Part shown: piece after piece, positions 16,837 through 27,875 of the stretch | Position numbering within the stretch: the first letter of the stretch is position 1 | How the letters are laid out: the number at the start of each line of letters is the position of its first letter | Source of the DNA: Myxococcota bacterium | GTDB taxonomy: Bacteria > Myxococcota_A > UBA796 > UBA2385 | Direction: 5' to 3' | Assembly: GCA_964226865.1 (NCBI GenBank) | Contig: CAXQUZ010000359.1 | Coordinates: forward strand, 1-62,999 | DNA: 62,999 bases | Made by a program: the position numbers and the translations under genes | The notes under the pieces: model-generated | The model's database searches: none | Told to the model about the DNA's origin: nothing | Seen by the model: the letters and a program-made list of their open reading frames with translations, nothing else

Positions 16837-19290
16837 ATGTCTCTGCGCCGCCTGCTGCTCTGCTCGTCCCTCGCCCTCGTGGCCGCCACCGGCTGCGATG
16901 ACAAGGGCGCCGACGGCGCGGGGGGCAGCGACGGGCCCACGGGGGTCGACGGCGGAGAGGACGGGGCGGACGAGACCGAGGATGCGGACGGCGACGGGGT
17001 CACCGCCGACACCGACTGCGACGATGCCGACGCCGCGGTCTTTCCCGGCGCCACCGAGGTCTGCGACGGCGTCGACAACGACTGCGACGGCGCGGTCGAC
17101 GACGACGACGACAGCCTCGACGCCAGCACGGGGGTGACGGTCTGGGTGGACGCCGACGGCGACGGCCACGGGGCCAGCGACGGCGCGCTCCAGGTCTGTG
17201 TGGCCCCGGCCGGCACGGTCGACGCCGGCGGTGACTGTGACGACACCAGCGCGGCGGTCTCGCCCGATGCCTCCGAGGTCTGCGACGGGATCGACAACGA
17301 CTGCGACGGGGCCATCGACGACGCCGACGACAGCGTCGACACCGCCGACGGGGTCGACTGGTACACCGACGCGGACGGCGACGGCTACGGCGCCGGGGCG
17401 GTCGAGCGGTCCTGTGTGATGCCCGAGACCGGGGCCGCCGTCGACGGGGACTGCGACGACGCCGACGCGGCCCGCAGCCCCGCGAGCGTCTGGTACGCCG
17501 ACACAGACGGCGACGGCTACGGCGATGCCGACACGGCCACCACGAGCTGCGAGACCCCGAGCGGCACGGTGGCCGACGCGACCGACTGCGACGACAGCGA
17601 GGCCACCACCAACCCGGGCGCCCCCGAGCTCTGCGACCTCGTCGACAACGACTGCGACGGGGCCACCGACGACGCCGACGACTCCCTCGACCCGGCCCTC
17701 CTCTCCCGCTCCTACACCGATGCCGACGGCGACGGCTACGGCGACGACAGCACGGCCGTCGACAGCTGCTTCCCCGCCTCGGGCACGGTGGCCGTGGGGG
17801 GCGACTGCGACGACGCCGAGGCCGCGGTGAACCCGGGCGCCACCGAGGTCTGTGGCAACGGCCTCGACGACGACTGCGACGGCGGCCCGAACGACTGCGC
17901 GGTCTGGGGCGACGTCGACTTTGTCGATGCCGACATCATCATCGACCACACCGACTCCGACTCCTACTGGGGCTATGACCTCACGGTGGCCGACCTCGAC
18001 GGCGACGGCGCCGCCGACCTCATCTCGGCGGCCTACGACGGCGAGCCCCTCTCGGACGGCACCGAGACGGGCCAGGTCTTCATCAACTGGGGGCCGCTCA
18101 CCGGCGACCTGACCCTGCCCGCCGACGCCGACGTGGTCCTCGACGGTGCCGAGGGCGGCGACAACACCGGCGTCGTCAACCGCACGGGCGACCTCGACGG
18201 CGACGGCCACCTCGACCTCGTCATCGGTGCCCCCGACGCCGACTGGGGCGGCACGGGCAGCGGCGGGGTCTACCTGGTCTACGGGCCGGCCTCGGCCTGG
18301 GCGGCCCAGGTCGATCTGGCGAGCGGTGCCGACGCCATCTGGACGGGCAACGCCGGCAGCGACCGGCTCGGCACCGACCTCGCGACCGGCCTCGACGTCG
18401 ACGGCGACGGCATCCACGACCTGCTCATCGGCGCCGACGGCGACGACGACGGCGGCACCAGCGCGGGCGCCGTGTTCCTGATCTACGGCCAGACCAGCGG
18501 CCACACGGCCACCTCGGCCCTGTCGGTGGGGCCCGTCGCCGACACGGTCTTCGTGGGCGAGGCGAGCTTCGACTACCTCGGCGACAACCGCCTCATCGCC
18601 GACGCCGGCGACCTCGACGGCGACGGCATCGACGACATCGTGCTGGGCTCCCGCTACAACGACACGGCCGCGTCGAGCGCCGGTCGGGTCTACGTCTTCT
18701 ACGGCACCAGCTCCGGCTTCTCGGCCACGGTGGCCGCCACGGATGCCGACGCCATCTTCCAGGGCGTCAACAGCTCGGACTACCTCGGCGAGAGCGTGGA
18801 GTTCGTGGGTGATCTCGACGGCGACGGCACCGACGAGCTCGGCATGGGCGCGCCGGGCTTCGACGGCCCGGGGGGCGGCAATTCGGGTGGGGTCTTCGTG
18901 CTCGCCGGCTCCACCACCCGCGCCAGCGGCACGGCCACGGCGGTCTCGGCAGCGGTGGCGACCATCACCGGCGACGGGGCCAGCGACGGCGCAGGCGAGG
19001 GCATCGCCGGCTCCGACCTCGACGCCGACGGCTTCGTCGATCTGCTCGTGGGCAACGACGGCGACGACGACGTGGCCAGCGGGGCCGGCGAGGTCGCCGT
19101 GTTCTACGGGCCGGTCTCGGGCAGCTTCGACACCAACGGCGGCGCGGCCCTGCTCGCGGGCCCGGGCGCCACGGCCTACATGGGCCGCCAGGTGCGGGCC
19201 GGCGACCTGAACGACGACGGCTACGGCGATGTCGTGGGCATTGCCTACGGCCAGGAGACCGTGGGCATCTACCTGGGCGGCGCCTGGTAG
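16837..19290 (+). CDS. Lipoprotein with 4-5 MopE-type Cys-rich repeats followed by about seven FG-GAP (integrin-alpha-like) repeats
   Basis: ATG at 16837. The lipobox is LALVAATGC. CDDxD..CDGxDNDCDG repeats are followed by recurring DLDGDGxxDL calcium-loop motifs ([70 protein letters not shown]). Confidence 0.85.
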   Translation: MSLRRLLLCSSLALVAATGCDDKGADGAGGSDGPTGVDGGEDGADETEDADGDGVTADTDCDDADAAVFPGATEVCDGVDNDCDGAVDDDDDSLDASTGVTVWVDADGDGHGASDGALQVCVAPAGTVDAGGDCDDTSAAVSPDASEVCDGIDNDCDGAIDDADDSVDTADGVDWYTDADGDGYGAGAVERSCVMPETGAAVDGDCDDADAARSPASVWYADTDGDGYGDADTATTSCETPSGTVADATDCDDSEATTNPGAPELCDLVDNDCDGATDDADDSLDPALLSRSYTDADGDGYGDDSTAVDSCFPASGTVAVGGDCDDAEAAVNPGATEVCGNGLDDDCDGGPNDCAVWGDVDFVDADIIIDHTDSDSYWGYDLTVADLDGDGAADLISAAYDGEPLSDGTETGQVFINWGPLTGDLTLPADADVVLDGAEGGDNTGVVNRTGDLDGDGHLDLVIGAPDADWGGTGSGGVYLVYGPASAWAAQVDLASGADAIWTGNAGSDRLGTDLATGLDVDGDGIHDLLIGADGDDDGGTSAGAVFLIYGQTSGHTATSALSVGPVADTVFVGEASFDYLGDNRLIADAGDLDGDGIDDIVLGSRYNDTAASSAGRVYVFYGTSSGFSATVAATDADAIFQGVNSSDYLGESVEFVGDLDGDGTDELGMGAPGFDGPGGGNSGGVFVLAGSTTRASGTATAVSAAVATITGDGASDGAGEGIAGSDLDADGFVDLLVGNDGDDDVASGAGEVAVFYGPVSGSFDTNGGAALLAGPGATAYMGRQVRAGDLNDDGYGDVVGIAYGQETVGIYLGGAW

Positions 19291-19307
19291 GGGCCGCGGC
19301 CCGTGCC

Positions 19308-19664
19308 TTGGCGCGGCGGGCCCCCCGGCCTATGGCCTGCGCCCACCCCCGCCGCGGAGCGCCCGTGTCTCAGGACCAGCCCAACAACCCCCTCCACGGC
19401 GTCACCCTCAAGGCCATCGTCGAGAGCCTCCATGCCCGCTACGGCTGGGACGGGCTGGCCGACCGGGTGCCGGTGCGCTGCTTCCAGTTCGAGCCCTCGC
19501 TGAAGTCGAGCCTCAAGTTCCTCCGCAAGACCCCCTGGGCGCGCGAGAAGGTCGAGCGGCTCTACATCGCCGACGAGAAGCGCCGCGCCCGCAACACCCG
19601 GCGCAACGCCATGCGGGCCGCCCGCCGGGCCCACAAGGCCAGGGTCGAGGCCGGCGAGGAGTAG
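19308..19664 (+). CDS. VF530/DUF2132-family small DNA-binding protein
   Basis: [25 protein letters not shown]...[26 protein letters not shown] matches my recollection of DUF2132. The real start may be an internal GTG near 19365. Confidence 0.7.
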   Translation: MARRAPRPMACAHPRRGAPVSQDQPNNPLHGVTLKAIVESLHARYGWDGLADRVPVRCFQFEPSLKSSLKFLRKTPWAREKVERLYIADEKRRARNTRRNAMRAARRAHKARVEAGEE

Positions 19665-19680
19665 CCGGGCCCCGCGGCGC

Positions 19681-21111
<1,431 letters not shown>

Positions 21112-21357
21112 GGGGGCCGCTATCGTGGTGACCGGTGCGGCGGGGCACGGGGGGCCGGAGTCCAGGCCGAGCTTGTCTCAAGTTGTTTCAGGCGGGGTCC
21201 GATGGTGATGGTTCATGCGCTGAATCATGGATGGCGCAAGATCTGAAATGTTGACCGCGCGGGCCCGCCGCTGCGGCGGCTGGGGCGGTGGCCCCAAAGG
21301 CGCATGGTCTCTGACGATTCGGGGCCACTGGCCCACTCCGAGGGCCCAGGTGGGACA

Positions 21358-21374
21358 TGGCCCGAAGCTTGCAT
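21358..21374 (+). promoter_or_regulatory. Candidate sigma-54 (-24/-12) promoter
   Basis: TGGCCC-GAAGC-TTGCAT compares with consensus TGGCAC-N5-TTGCA and has correct GG-N10-GC spacing. It lies 65 nt upstream of the ATG at 21439. Confidence 0.4.
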
Positions 21375-21438
21375 GACATCTGGGTCTTGCACGCGCCGCC
21401 CGTCGCCTCGGGCCCCGGCGCAGCCTCCGGAGCTGTCC

Positions 21439-23292
21439 ATGATGAACTACCTTGTGTGGCTGGCGGCGTTCAGCCTCCTGGTCGCGGTCTTCGAGCGACT
21501 GTGGCCCGCCCGCCCCCAGAAGGTGCTGCGGCGCTGGCTGTGGTCCGACGCCATCCACCTCGTCTTCAACGGCCACGTGCTCGGGCTGCTGCTCTACGGC
21601 ATCGCCTGGTACCGCGTGCTGCCGGTGCTGGACGGCTGGCTGGCCGAGCAGGGCCTGTCGGGCATGGTCTACCGGAACGCCGTCTCGGGCTGGGGCATCG
21701 TGCTCCAGAGCATCGTCGCACTGGTTGTTCTCGACTTTGTCCAGTGGCTCGTCCACAACAGCCTGCACCGCATCGGCCCGCTCTGGCGCATCCACCAGGT
21801 CCACCACTCCGTCAAGGACGGCGAGATGGACTGGATCGTGTCCTTCCGCTTCAGCTGGCTCGAGCCCGTCTACTACAAGGCCGCGATGTACCTGCCGGCC
21901 GCGTGGTTCGGCTTCGCTCCCGAGGCCCTCTTCTTCCACGCCGTCTTCGGCACCCTCATCGGCCACCTCAACCACGCCAACCTGACCTGGGACTACGGCC
22001 CGCTGCGCTACGTCTTCAACTCGCCGCGCATGCACCTCTACCACCACGACTGGGAGGCGCCGGCCACCGGCCAGAACTTCGGCATCACCCTGAGCTGCTG
22101 GGACTGGATCTTCGGCACGGCCCACCTGCCCGACCAGCCGCCCGCCAAGATCGGCTTCCCCGGTGTCGAGAAGCTGCCCGAGGACTTCTTCGGCCAGCTC
22201 ATCTGGCCCCTGCCCCTGGCGGCGAAGGGGCTCCAGGGCACGAAGGTCTCGGCCAGCGTCGCCGGCGTGGGGGTGCTGGGCCTGCTCTACAGCCTGAGCC
22301 TGGCCCCGAGCGTCGACACCCCGATGTTCGGCGAGCCCGCCGCCAGCTCCCAGCCCGCCGTCTCTCCCGACGTGGCCCCCGTGGCCCACGCCGCCACCCC
22401 CGCCGAGGCCACCGCCGCCCTCGGGCGCTTCGGCACGGCCGCCCGCGCCGCAGGCTGGGCCGCCCCCGAGGTCGCCGTGACCGCCCGCGAGCTCGCCGAG
22501 GCCCTGGGCAGCGAGCGGCTCGTGGTGCTCGACGTGCGCACCGAAGACCGCTTCGCCGAGGGCCACATCCCCTCCGCCCAGCTCGTCACCCGCGGCGACT
22601 ACTCGGGCGGCGAGGTGCCCGGGGTGTCGAGGTCCCGGGACGAGCTCCAGGCCCTGCTGCGGGCGAAGGGCGTCGACGACGACTCGGTGGTGGTGCTGCT
22701 CGGCGACGGCGGCCCCGAGCCCTACCGCCTGTGGTGGACCCTGGCCCAGGTCGGTGGCTTCGAGACGCGTGTCCTCGACGGTGGTCTCGCCGCCTGGAAG
22801 GCCCTCGGGGAGCGCCTCGCCGAGGGCCCCGGCCGCGCGGTCGAGGCCGGCACGGTCACCCTCGCCGGTGGGCCGGCCCGCAACCTCATGTGGGCCGAGG
22901 TCGAGGCCCTCCGGGCCCGCCACCCCGACCTCCAGCTCGTCGACACCCGCGGCGCCCCCGAGTTCACCGGCGAGGAGCAGCACCGCAAGGCGGCCCGTGC
23001 CGGCCACAGCCCCGGCGCCCGCCACCTCGACTGGAAGGCCGTGCTGCGCCTCGAGGGCGACGCCCCCGTGCTGCGAGATCCGGCCGACGCCCGGGCGGTC
23101 TTCGCGGCGGCGGGCATCGACCCGGCGCGGCCCGTGCTGACCTACTGCCAGAGCGGCACCCGCAGCTCGACGGTCTACTACAGCCTGCTCCAGCTCGGCG
23201 CCGACATGGAGGCCGTGGCCAACTACGACGGCAGCTGGGCCGAGTACAGCCGCCTCGAGGCCCTGCCCGTGGCCATGGGCCCGAACGGGTGA
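21439..23292 (+). CDS. Fusion: membrane fatty-acid-hydroxylase/sterol-desaturase-family di-iron domain + tandem rhodanese (sulfurtransferase) domains
   Basis: ATG at 21439. The His boxes are HNSLH, HQVHH and HLYHH, set in a hydrophobic N-terminal half. The C-terminal half has two rhodanese modules, with the active-site loop CQSGTRS in the second. Confidence 0.85.
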   Translation: MMNYLVWLAAFSLLVAVFERLWPARPQKVLRRWLWSDAIHLVFNGHVLGLLLYGIAWYRVLPVLDGWLAEQGLSGMVYRNAVSGWGIVLQSIVALVVLDFVQWLVHNSLHRIGPLWRIHQVHHSVKDGEMDWIVSFRFSWLEPVYYKAAMYLPAAWFGFAPEALFFHAVFGTLIGHLNHANLTWDYGPLRYVFNSPRMHLYHHDWEAPATGQNFGITLSCWDWIFGTAHLPDQPPAKIGFPGVEKLPEDFFGQLIWPLPLAAKGLQGTKVSASVAGVGVLGLLYSLSLAPSVDTPMFGEPAASSQPAVSPDVAPVAHAATPAEATAALGRFGTAARAAGWAAPEVAVTARELAEALGSERLVVLDVRTEDRFAEGHIPSAQLVTRGDYSGGEVPGVSRSRDELQALLRAKGVDDDSVVVLLGDGGPEPYRLWWTLAQVGGFETRVLDGGLAAWKALGERLAEGPGRAVEAGTVTLAGGPARNLMWAEVEALRARHPDLQLVDTRGAPEFTGEEQHRKAARAGHSPGARHLDWKAVLRLEGDAPVLRDPADARAVFAAAGIDPARPVLTYCQSGTRSSTVYYSLLQLGADMEAVANYDGSWAEYSRLEALPVAMGPNG

Positions 23293-24350
23293 GGCCGGGC
23301 CTGCCGCTGCAGCGGGGAGGGCGCGGCCGCTCCCGTCGCCTCTCCGTCCTGCGCCGCGGCGGGCGCGGTGCCCTGCTCGCCCTCGGGCTCGGGGGCTGCG
23401 CGGCCCCGGCGGTGGCGCCGTCCGGTCCGGCCGCCGACGGGGTCTCGCTCGGCCTCTTCGCGACGGATGCCTTCTACGACTATGGCCCGATGGTCGAGGA
23501 GATCGCCGAGCTGGGGGCGGGCTCGCTGCTCGTGGTGGTGCCCCGGCGGCTCGACCACTCCCAGGCCAGCGCCCCCGTGCTCGCCGTGCCCCCGCCCACC
23601 CTCGACCGCACCCTGCGCCAGGCCCGGGTCCAGGGCCTCGAGACCACGGTGATGCCGGTCATCGACCTGGTCCAGCGGGCCCACGCGGGCGACTGGCGCG
23701 GCCGTCTCGCCCCCGCCGCCCCCGATCGCTTCTGGTCGGCCTACGGCGCCGCCCTCGACCGGGTGGCCGTGGTGGCCGAGGGCGCCGGCGCCGACCGCCT
23801 CGTGGTGGGCTCCGAGCTGTCGAGCCTCGAGGCCGAGGCCGAGCGCTGGTCGGCGCTCATCTCCGGCCTCCGCGACCGCTTCGGCGGCCGCCTCACCTAC
23901 TCGGCCAACTGGGACCACCACGCGGCCGTGCCCTTCTGGGGCGCGCTCGACGAGGTGGGGGTCACCGCCTACCACCCCGTCGACGGCGCCGATCCGGCCG
24001 CGGCCTGGTCCGAGGCCCTCGCCGCCGCCGCCGCCACGGCTGCCGAGAACGACCGTCCCCTCGTCATCACCGAGTACGGCTACCCCGCCCTGGGCTCGGC
24101 TGCGGCCCGCCCCTGGGACGAGACCACCGGCGCCCCCGCCGACGACGCGCTCCAGGCCGCGCTCTACGGCGTCGCCCTCGCGGCCCTCGCCTGCGCCCGG
24201 CCCCAGGCGGCCTTCGCCTGGAACTGGTTCGGCCACCCCGCCGACCCCGCCAGCCCCTTCTCCCCGCGCGGTCGTCCCGCAGCCGCCGTGCTGCGCGACC
24301 ACTTCGCCACCGCACCGGCGCAGCGCTGCGCCCCCCCGGAGTCCCGATGA
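23289..24350 (+). CDS. Lipoprotein, TIM-barrel glycoside-hydrolase-like
   Basis: The GTG at 23289 overlaps the upstream stop (GTGA). The lipobox is LALGLGGC. SELSS...SANWDH...ITEYGYP resembles clan GH-A catalytic strands. The function call is tentative. Confidence 0.65.
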   Translation: MRPGLPLQRGGRGRSRRLSVLRRGGRGALLALGLGGCAAPAVAPSGPAADGVSLGLFATDAFYDYGPMVEEIAELGAGSLLVVVPRRLDHSQASAPVLAVPPPTLDRTLRQARVQGLETTVMPVIDLVQRAHAGDWRGRLAPAAPDRFWSAYGAALDRVAVVAEGAGADRLVVGSELSSLEAEAERWSALISGLRDRFGGRLTYSANWDHHAAVPFWGALDEVGVTAYHPVDGADPAAAWSEALAAAAATAAENDRPLVITEYGYPALGSAAARPWDETTGAPADDALQAALYGVALAALACARPQAAFAWNWFGHPADPASPFSPRGRPAAAVLRDHFATAPAQRCAPPESR

Positions 24351-25933
24351 AGCCGCCCGCCACCCCGGCCGATCCCGCCCGCCGCCTCTTCCTCCGCCGC
24401 GTCGCCCAGGTCGCCGGCGCCTCGGCCCTGGCCGCCTGCACCCCGCGGGCCCCGGGGGTGGCCGACGCCGCCCCGTCCGTCGCCCCGACCCTGCCCCCGC
24501 CCCCCGGCGACGCGGGCCCCGCCGGACTTCCCGACGGCCTCGACCGCACCCACTTCCACGTCCACAACGAGGGCCCCCTGTCGCTCGAGACCCGCCGCGG
24601 GGCCCACGGCCGCGGGCTGCTCACCCCGAACGACCGCTTCTTCGTGCGCAACAACCTGCCCCGGCCGGCCGCGAGCATCCTCGACGACCGCGACGCCTGG
24701 GCCGTGGCCTTCGAGGGGGTGGCCAAGCCCCGCACGGTCACCCTCGCCGAGCTCAAGACCCTCGGCGTCGCCACCGAGGCGGTCACCCTCCAGTGCTCGG
24801 GCAATGGCCGCGCCTTCTTCGCCCACGGCCCCTCGGGCTCGCCTTGGGCCACGGGGGCCGCGGGCTGCGCCATCTGGACGGGGGTGCGGCTGCGGGATGT
24901 CTGGGCCCACCTCGGCGGGGTGCTGCCGGAGGCCCGCTATCTGACCGCGACCGGCGGTGAGCTGCTGCCCGAGGGCGTCGACCGCGACACGGTGGTGGTC
25001 GAGCGCAGCGTGCCCGTCGAGAAGGGGCTGGCCGACGCGCTGCTCGCCTGGGAGATGAACGGCGCGCCCATCCCGCTCACCCACGGCGGCCCCCTGCGGC
25101 TCATCGTGCCCGGCTACTTCGGCGTGAACCACATCAAGTACGTGCGCCGCATCGGGGCGACCGTCGACCAGACCAATGCCAAGATCCAGAAGAAGGGCTA
25201 CCGCTTCCGTCCCATCGGCGAGGGCAGCAGCGACACCCACCCCTCGATGTGGCGCATGCCCGTGAAGTCGTGGCTCAACGGCCCGGGCACGGACGGCCAC
25301 ACCGTGCCGGCGGGCAAGGTCGTCTTCTACGGGGTCGCCCTGTCGGGCGAGCGCGGCGTCGAGTCGGTCGAGGTCTCGGTGGACGGCGGCGAGACCTGGG
25401 CCCCGGCCACCCTCGAGGGCCCCTCCCTCGGGCCCAACGCCTGGCGGGCCTTCTCGTTCTCGACCACCCTCGCCGAGGGCCGCCACACCCTCCACACCCG
25501 CGCCACCGACACGGCGGGCGAGCAGCAGCCCCGGGACCGGGTCGAGAACGAGCGGGGCTACGGCCACAACGGCTGGCTCGACCACGGGCTCGCCGTCGTC
25601 GTCACGGCCACCCGGGAGGCCCTGCCCGAGGAGCCGGCCGCGGCCGTCCCGGCGGGGCCCAAGGGGCCGGTCACCCTCTCGGAGGCGGGCGAGCGGGGCA
25701 AGGAGGTCTTCCTGGCCCAGGCCGAGCCCAGCTGTGGTGTCTGCCACACCCTCGCCGACGCGGGCACGAAGGGGGCCGTCGGGCCCAACCTCGACGCCCT
25801 CGCCCCCGAGCTCGGCCGGGTCGAGTCGGCGGTCACCAACGGCGTCGGCGCCAGGCCGGGCTTCGGCGGCCGCCTCCGCCCCGAGCAGATCCGCGACGTG
25901 GCGACCTATGTGGCCGAGTCGACCGGCGGCTGA
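24347..25933 (+). CDS. Sulfite-oxidase-family molybdoenzyme (SorA-like) fused to a C-terminal mono-haem cytochrome c
   Basis: The ATG at 24347 overlaps the upstream stop (ATGA). The Tat-like signal is RRLFLRRVAQVAGASALA. The Mo-ligand Cys block is TLQCSGNGR. A dimerisation region is present, and CGVCH lies in the last ~90 aa. Confidence 0.85.
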   Translation: MKPPATPADPARRLFLRRVAQVAGASALAACTPRAPGVADAAPSVAPTLPPPPGDAGPAGLPDGLDRTHFHVHNEGPLSLETRRGAHGRGLLTPNDRFFVRNNLPRPAASILDDRDAWAVAFEGVAKPRTVTLAELKTLGVATEAVTLQCSGNGRAFFAHGPSGSPWATGAAGCAIWTGVRLRDVWAHLGGVLPEARYLTATGGELLPEGVDRDTVVVERSVPVEKGLADALLAWEMNGAPIPLTHGGPLRLIVPGYFGVNHIKYVRRIGATVDQTNAKIQKKGYRFRPIGEGSSDTHPSMWRMPVKSWLNGPGTDGHTVPAGKVVFYGVALSGERGVESVEVSVDGGETWAPATLEGPSLGPNAWRAFSFSTTLAEGRHTLHTRATDTAGEQQPRDRVENERGYGHNGWLDHGLAVVVTATREALPEEPAAAVPAGPKGPVTLSEAGERGKEVFLAQAEPSCGVCHTLADAGTKGAVGPNLDALAPELGRVESAVTNGVGARPGFGGRLRPEQIRDVATYVAESTGG

Positions 25934-25972
25934 GGCGCAAGCCGCCGCCGACGATGCTGAGAATGCCCTCGG

Positions 25973-27748
25973 CTACAGTGTCTTGAGGAACTCGATGAGG
26001 GCCATGCTCTCGTCCTCGTCGAGGTCGTCGAGCATCTCGTCGTGGCCGGCCGGGGACTGGCCGGGGCCGCCGAGGGTGACGTGGGCCTCGGTGTCGTCGA
26101 GCCAGGCCTCCGGGATGGCCGCGCCCGTGGGGTAGCCGACGCAGGCCGCGTCGAAGTCGGTCTCGGGGTCGTCGGCGGGGCCCTGGACGTAGAAGGCCGT
26201 GCGCTCGGCGGGCGGGCGCAGCACGTCGCAGAGGGTGGGGGCGGCGTTGTTGTGGAAGTAGGGGTAGCGGGCCCAGATGCCGTCGAGGGGCGGCGGCACG
26301 TAGCCGGCCTCGCTGGCGTCGACGGTGGTCTGCATCCACTGGGAGACGGCGAGGGCGTTGAGGGCCTCGAGGTCGACCATGCCCGTGGCGCGGCCGCTGT
26401 CGGTGCCCACGTCGACCCGGGGGGTCTGGGGGTGGTAGCGCACGGCCGTGGTCGCGAGGCGGTCTGCCGGGCTGCGCGCGTCGGCGTCGTCGGCGTCCCA
26501 GCCCTTGTCGTAGCTGCCGTGGCAGCGGGCGCAGCGGGCCTCGAAGGCGAGCTGGCCCGCCTGGGCCCGGTCTTCGTCGATGCTCTCGGCGCCGAAGAAG
26601 TCGGTCCAGCGGGGGGCCTCGGTGGCGAAGACCGTGACCGTGAGCTCGTCGACGACCCGCATGCCCGCGTCGCTCTCGAGCCAGGCCTGGAGCGCGGGCA
26701 GGTCGGCGCCCCGGCCGAGCTCGTTCCAGAGGAAGTTGGTGAGGATGGGGTTGCCCGCGACGATGCTGCCGTCCGAGAGCCAGCGCGTCTTGTGCTTCAT
26801 CGTCCACCAGGGCATCGGCTTGGAGTCGCCGACCACCTCGTCGAGCACCAGCGCGCGGGGGCTGGCCTCGAGGCCGGCGTCGAAGCTGGCGTCGGCGTCG
26901 TCCCGGCGGCGGGCGAGGCTGCCGGCGACCTGGGCGAGGCTGGTGTCGAGGCCCAGCGCCACGGGGGGCAGGGTGCCCACGGCGCCGAGGGCCGCGATGG
27001 TCTCTTCGTACATGGCGCGCTCGCCGTCGGTGGCGTCGGTGAGCTGCTGGAAGGTGTCGCCGTCGAGGGTCGAGAGGGCCGTGGCCGCCACGTGGAAGAG
27101 CGCGTTGGGCCGGGGACGCTTGTTCTGGAGCCCGACGACGGGGGTGCCGAAGAGGGTGCCGACGTGGCAGGCGGCGCAGGAGAAGGTGAGGCCGAGGCCC
27201 TGGTCGGTCTCGAGCCAGGTGGCGCCCATGGGGTCGCCCGGGCCCTGGCCGGGGGGCGGCGGGGCCCAGGTCGGGTCGCCGGGGTGGTCGGGGTCGGGGG
27301 GCACGGCCGCTGCGGCGGGCCCGTCGGGGAAGCGGGACAGGCCCATGCGCGCGTACATGCCGTCCTCGTCGCTGAAGCCGGTCGTGGCCTCGAGCACCTG
27401 GCGCACCACCTCGGCGTCCGGATCGGTGAAGACGTTGCGCAGGGCGCCGAGCGGCAGCAGCATGCGGGTCGTGGGCACGGGCCAGTGGAAGACATGCTGG
27501 AGGCCGGCGGCGCGGGCCGTGGCGAGGTCGTCGGCGCTGAGCCCGTAGATGTTGGCACGGCCCTCGCCGGGGGTCACCGTGGCCCCGGCCGACCAGTCGG
27601 CGGCCTCCCGGTCGCAGACGCCGTCGCCGTCCATGTCGAGGCCCGCCGTGCAGCCGGCCTCGGGGGCGCCCGTGTCGTCGGGGACGTCGTCGCCGGGGGC
27701 CTTGCCGCCGCTGTGGCAGCCGACGAGGAGGAGCAGAGACGTGACCAT
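25973..27748 (-). CDS. Di-haem cytochrome c (peroxidase-like) lipoprotein, intact paralogue of 11631..13109
   Basis: ATG at 27748 with GGGAGG upstream. The lipobox is LLLLVGC. The two haem motifs are CAACH and CARCH. The C-terminus is ...MALIEFLKTL. Confidence 0.85.
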   Translation of the reverse strand: MVTSLLLLVGCHSGGKAPGDDVPDDTGAPEAGCTAGLDMDGDGVCDREAADWSAGATVTPGEGRANIYGLSADDLATARAAGLQHVFHWPVPTTRMLLPLGALRNVFTDPDAEVVRQVLEATTGFSDEDGMYARMGLSRFPDGPAAAAVPPDPDHPGDPTWAPPPPGQGPGDPMGATWLETDQGLGLTFSCAACHVGTLFGTPVVGLQNKRPRPNALFHVAATALSTLDGDTFQQLTDATDGERAMYEETIAALGAVGTLPPVALGLDTSLAQVAGSLARRRDDADASFDAGLEASPRALVLDEVVGDSKPMPWWTMKHKTRWLSDGSIVAGNPILTNFLWNELGRGADLPALQAWLESDAGMRVVDELTVTVFATEAPRWTDFFGAESIDEDRAQAGQLAFEARCARCHGSYDKGWDADDADARSPADRLATTAVRYHPQTPRVDVGTDSGRATGMVDLEALNALAVSQWMQTTVDASEAGYVPPPLDGIWARYPYFHNNAAPTLCDVLRPPAERTAFYVQGPADDPETDFDAACVGYPTGAAIPEAWLDDTEAHVTLGGPGQSPAGHDEMLDDLDEDESMALIEFLKTL

Positions 27749-27875
27749 GGGGCCTCCCGGGCGGGGGACCGGCGGGGGCCGGCAGGGAGGCGGAGGGTAG
27801 CGCGGGCGGGGCCCTGAAGGGAGCGCGCCCGGGCGCCGAAGGAAGCGGGCCCGGGCGCGGGGGGGACGGAGGGCC

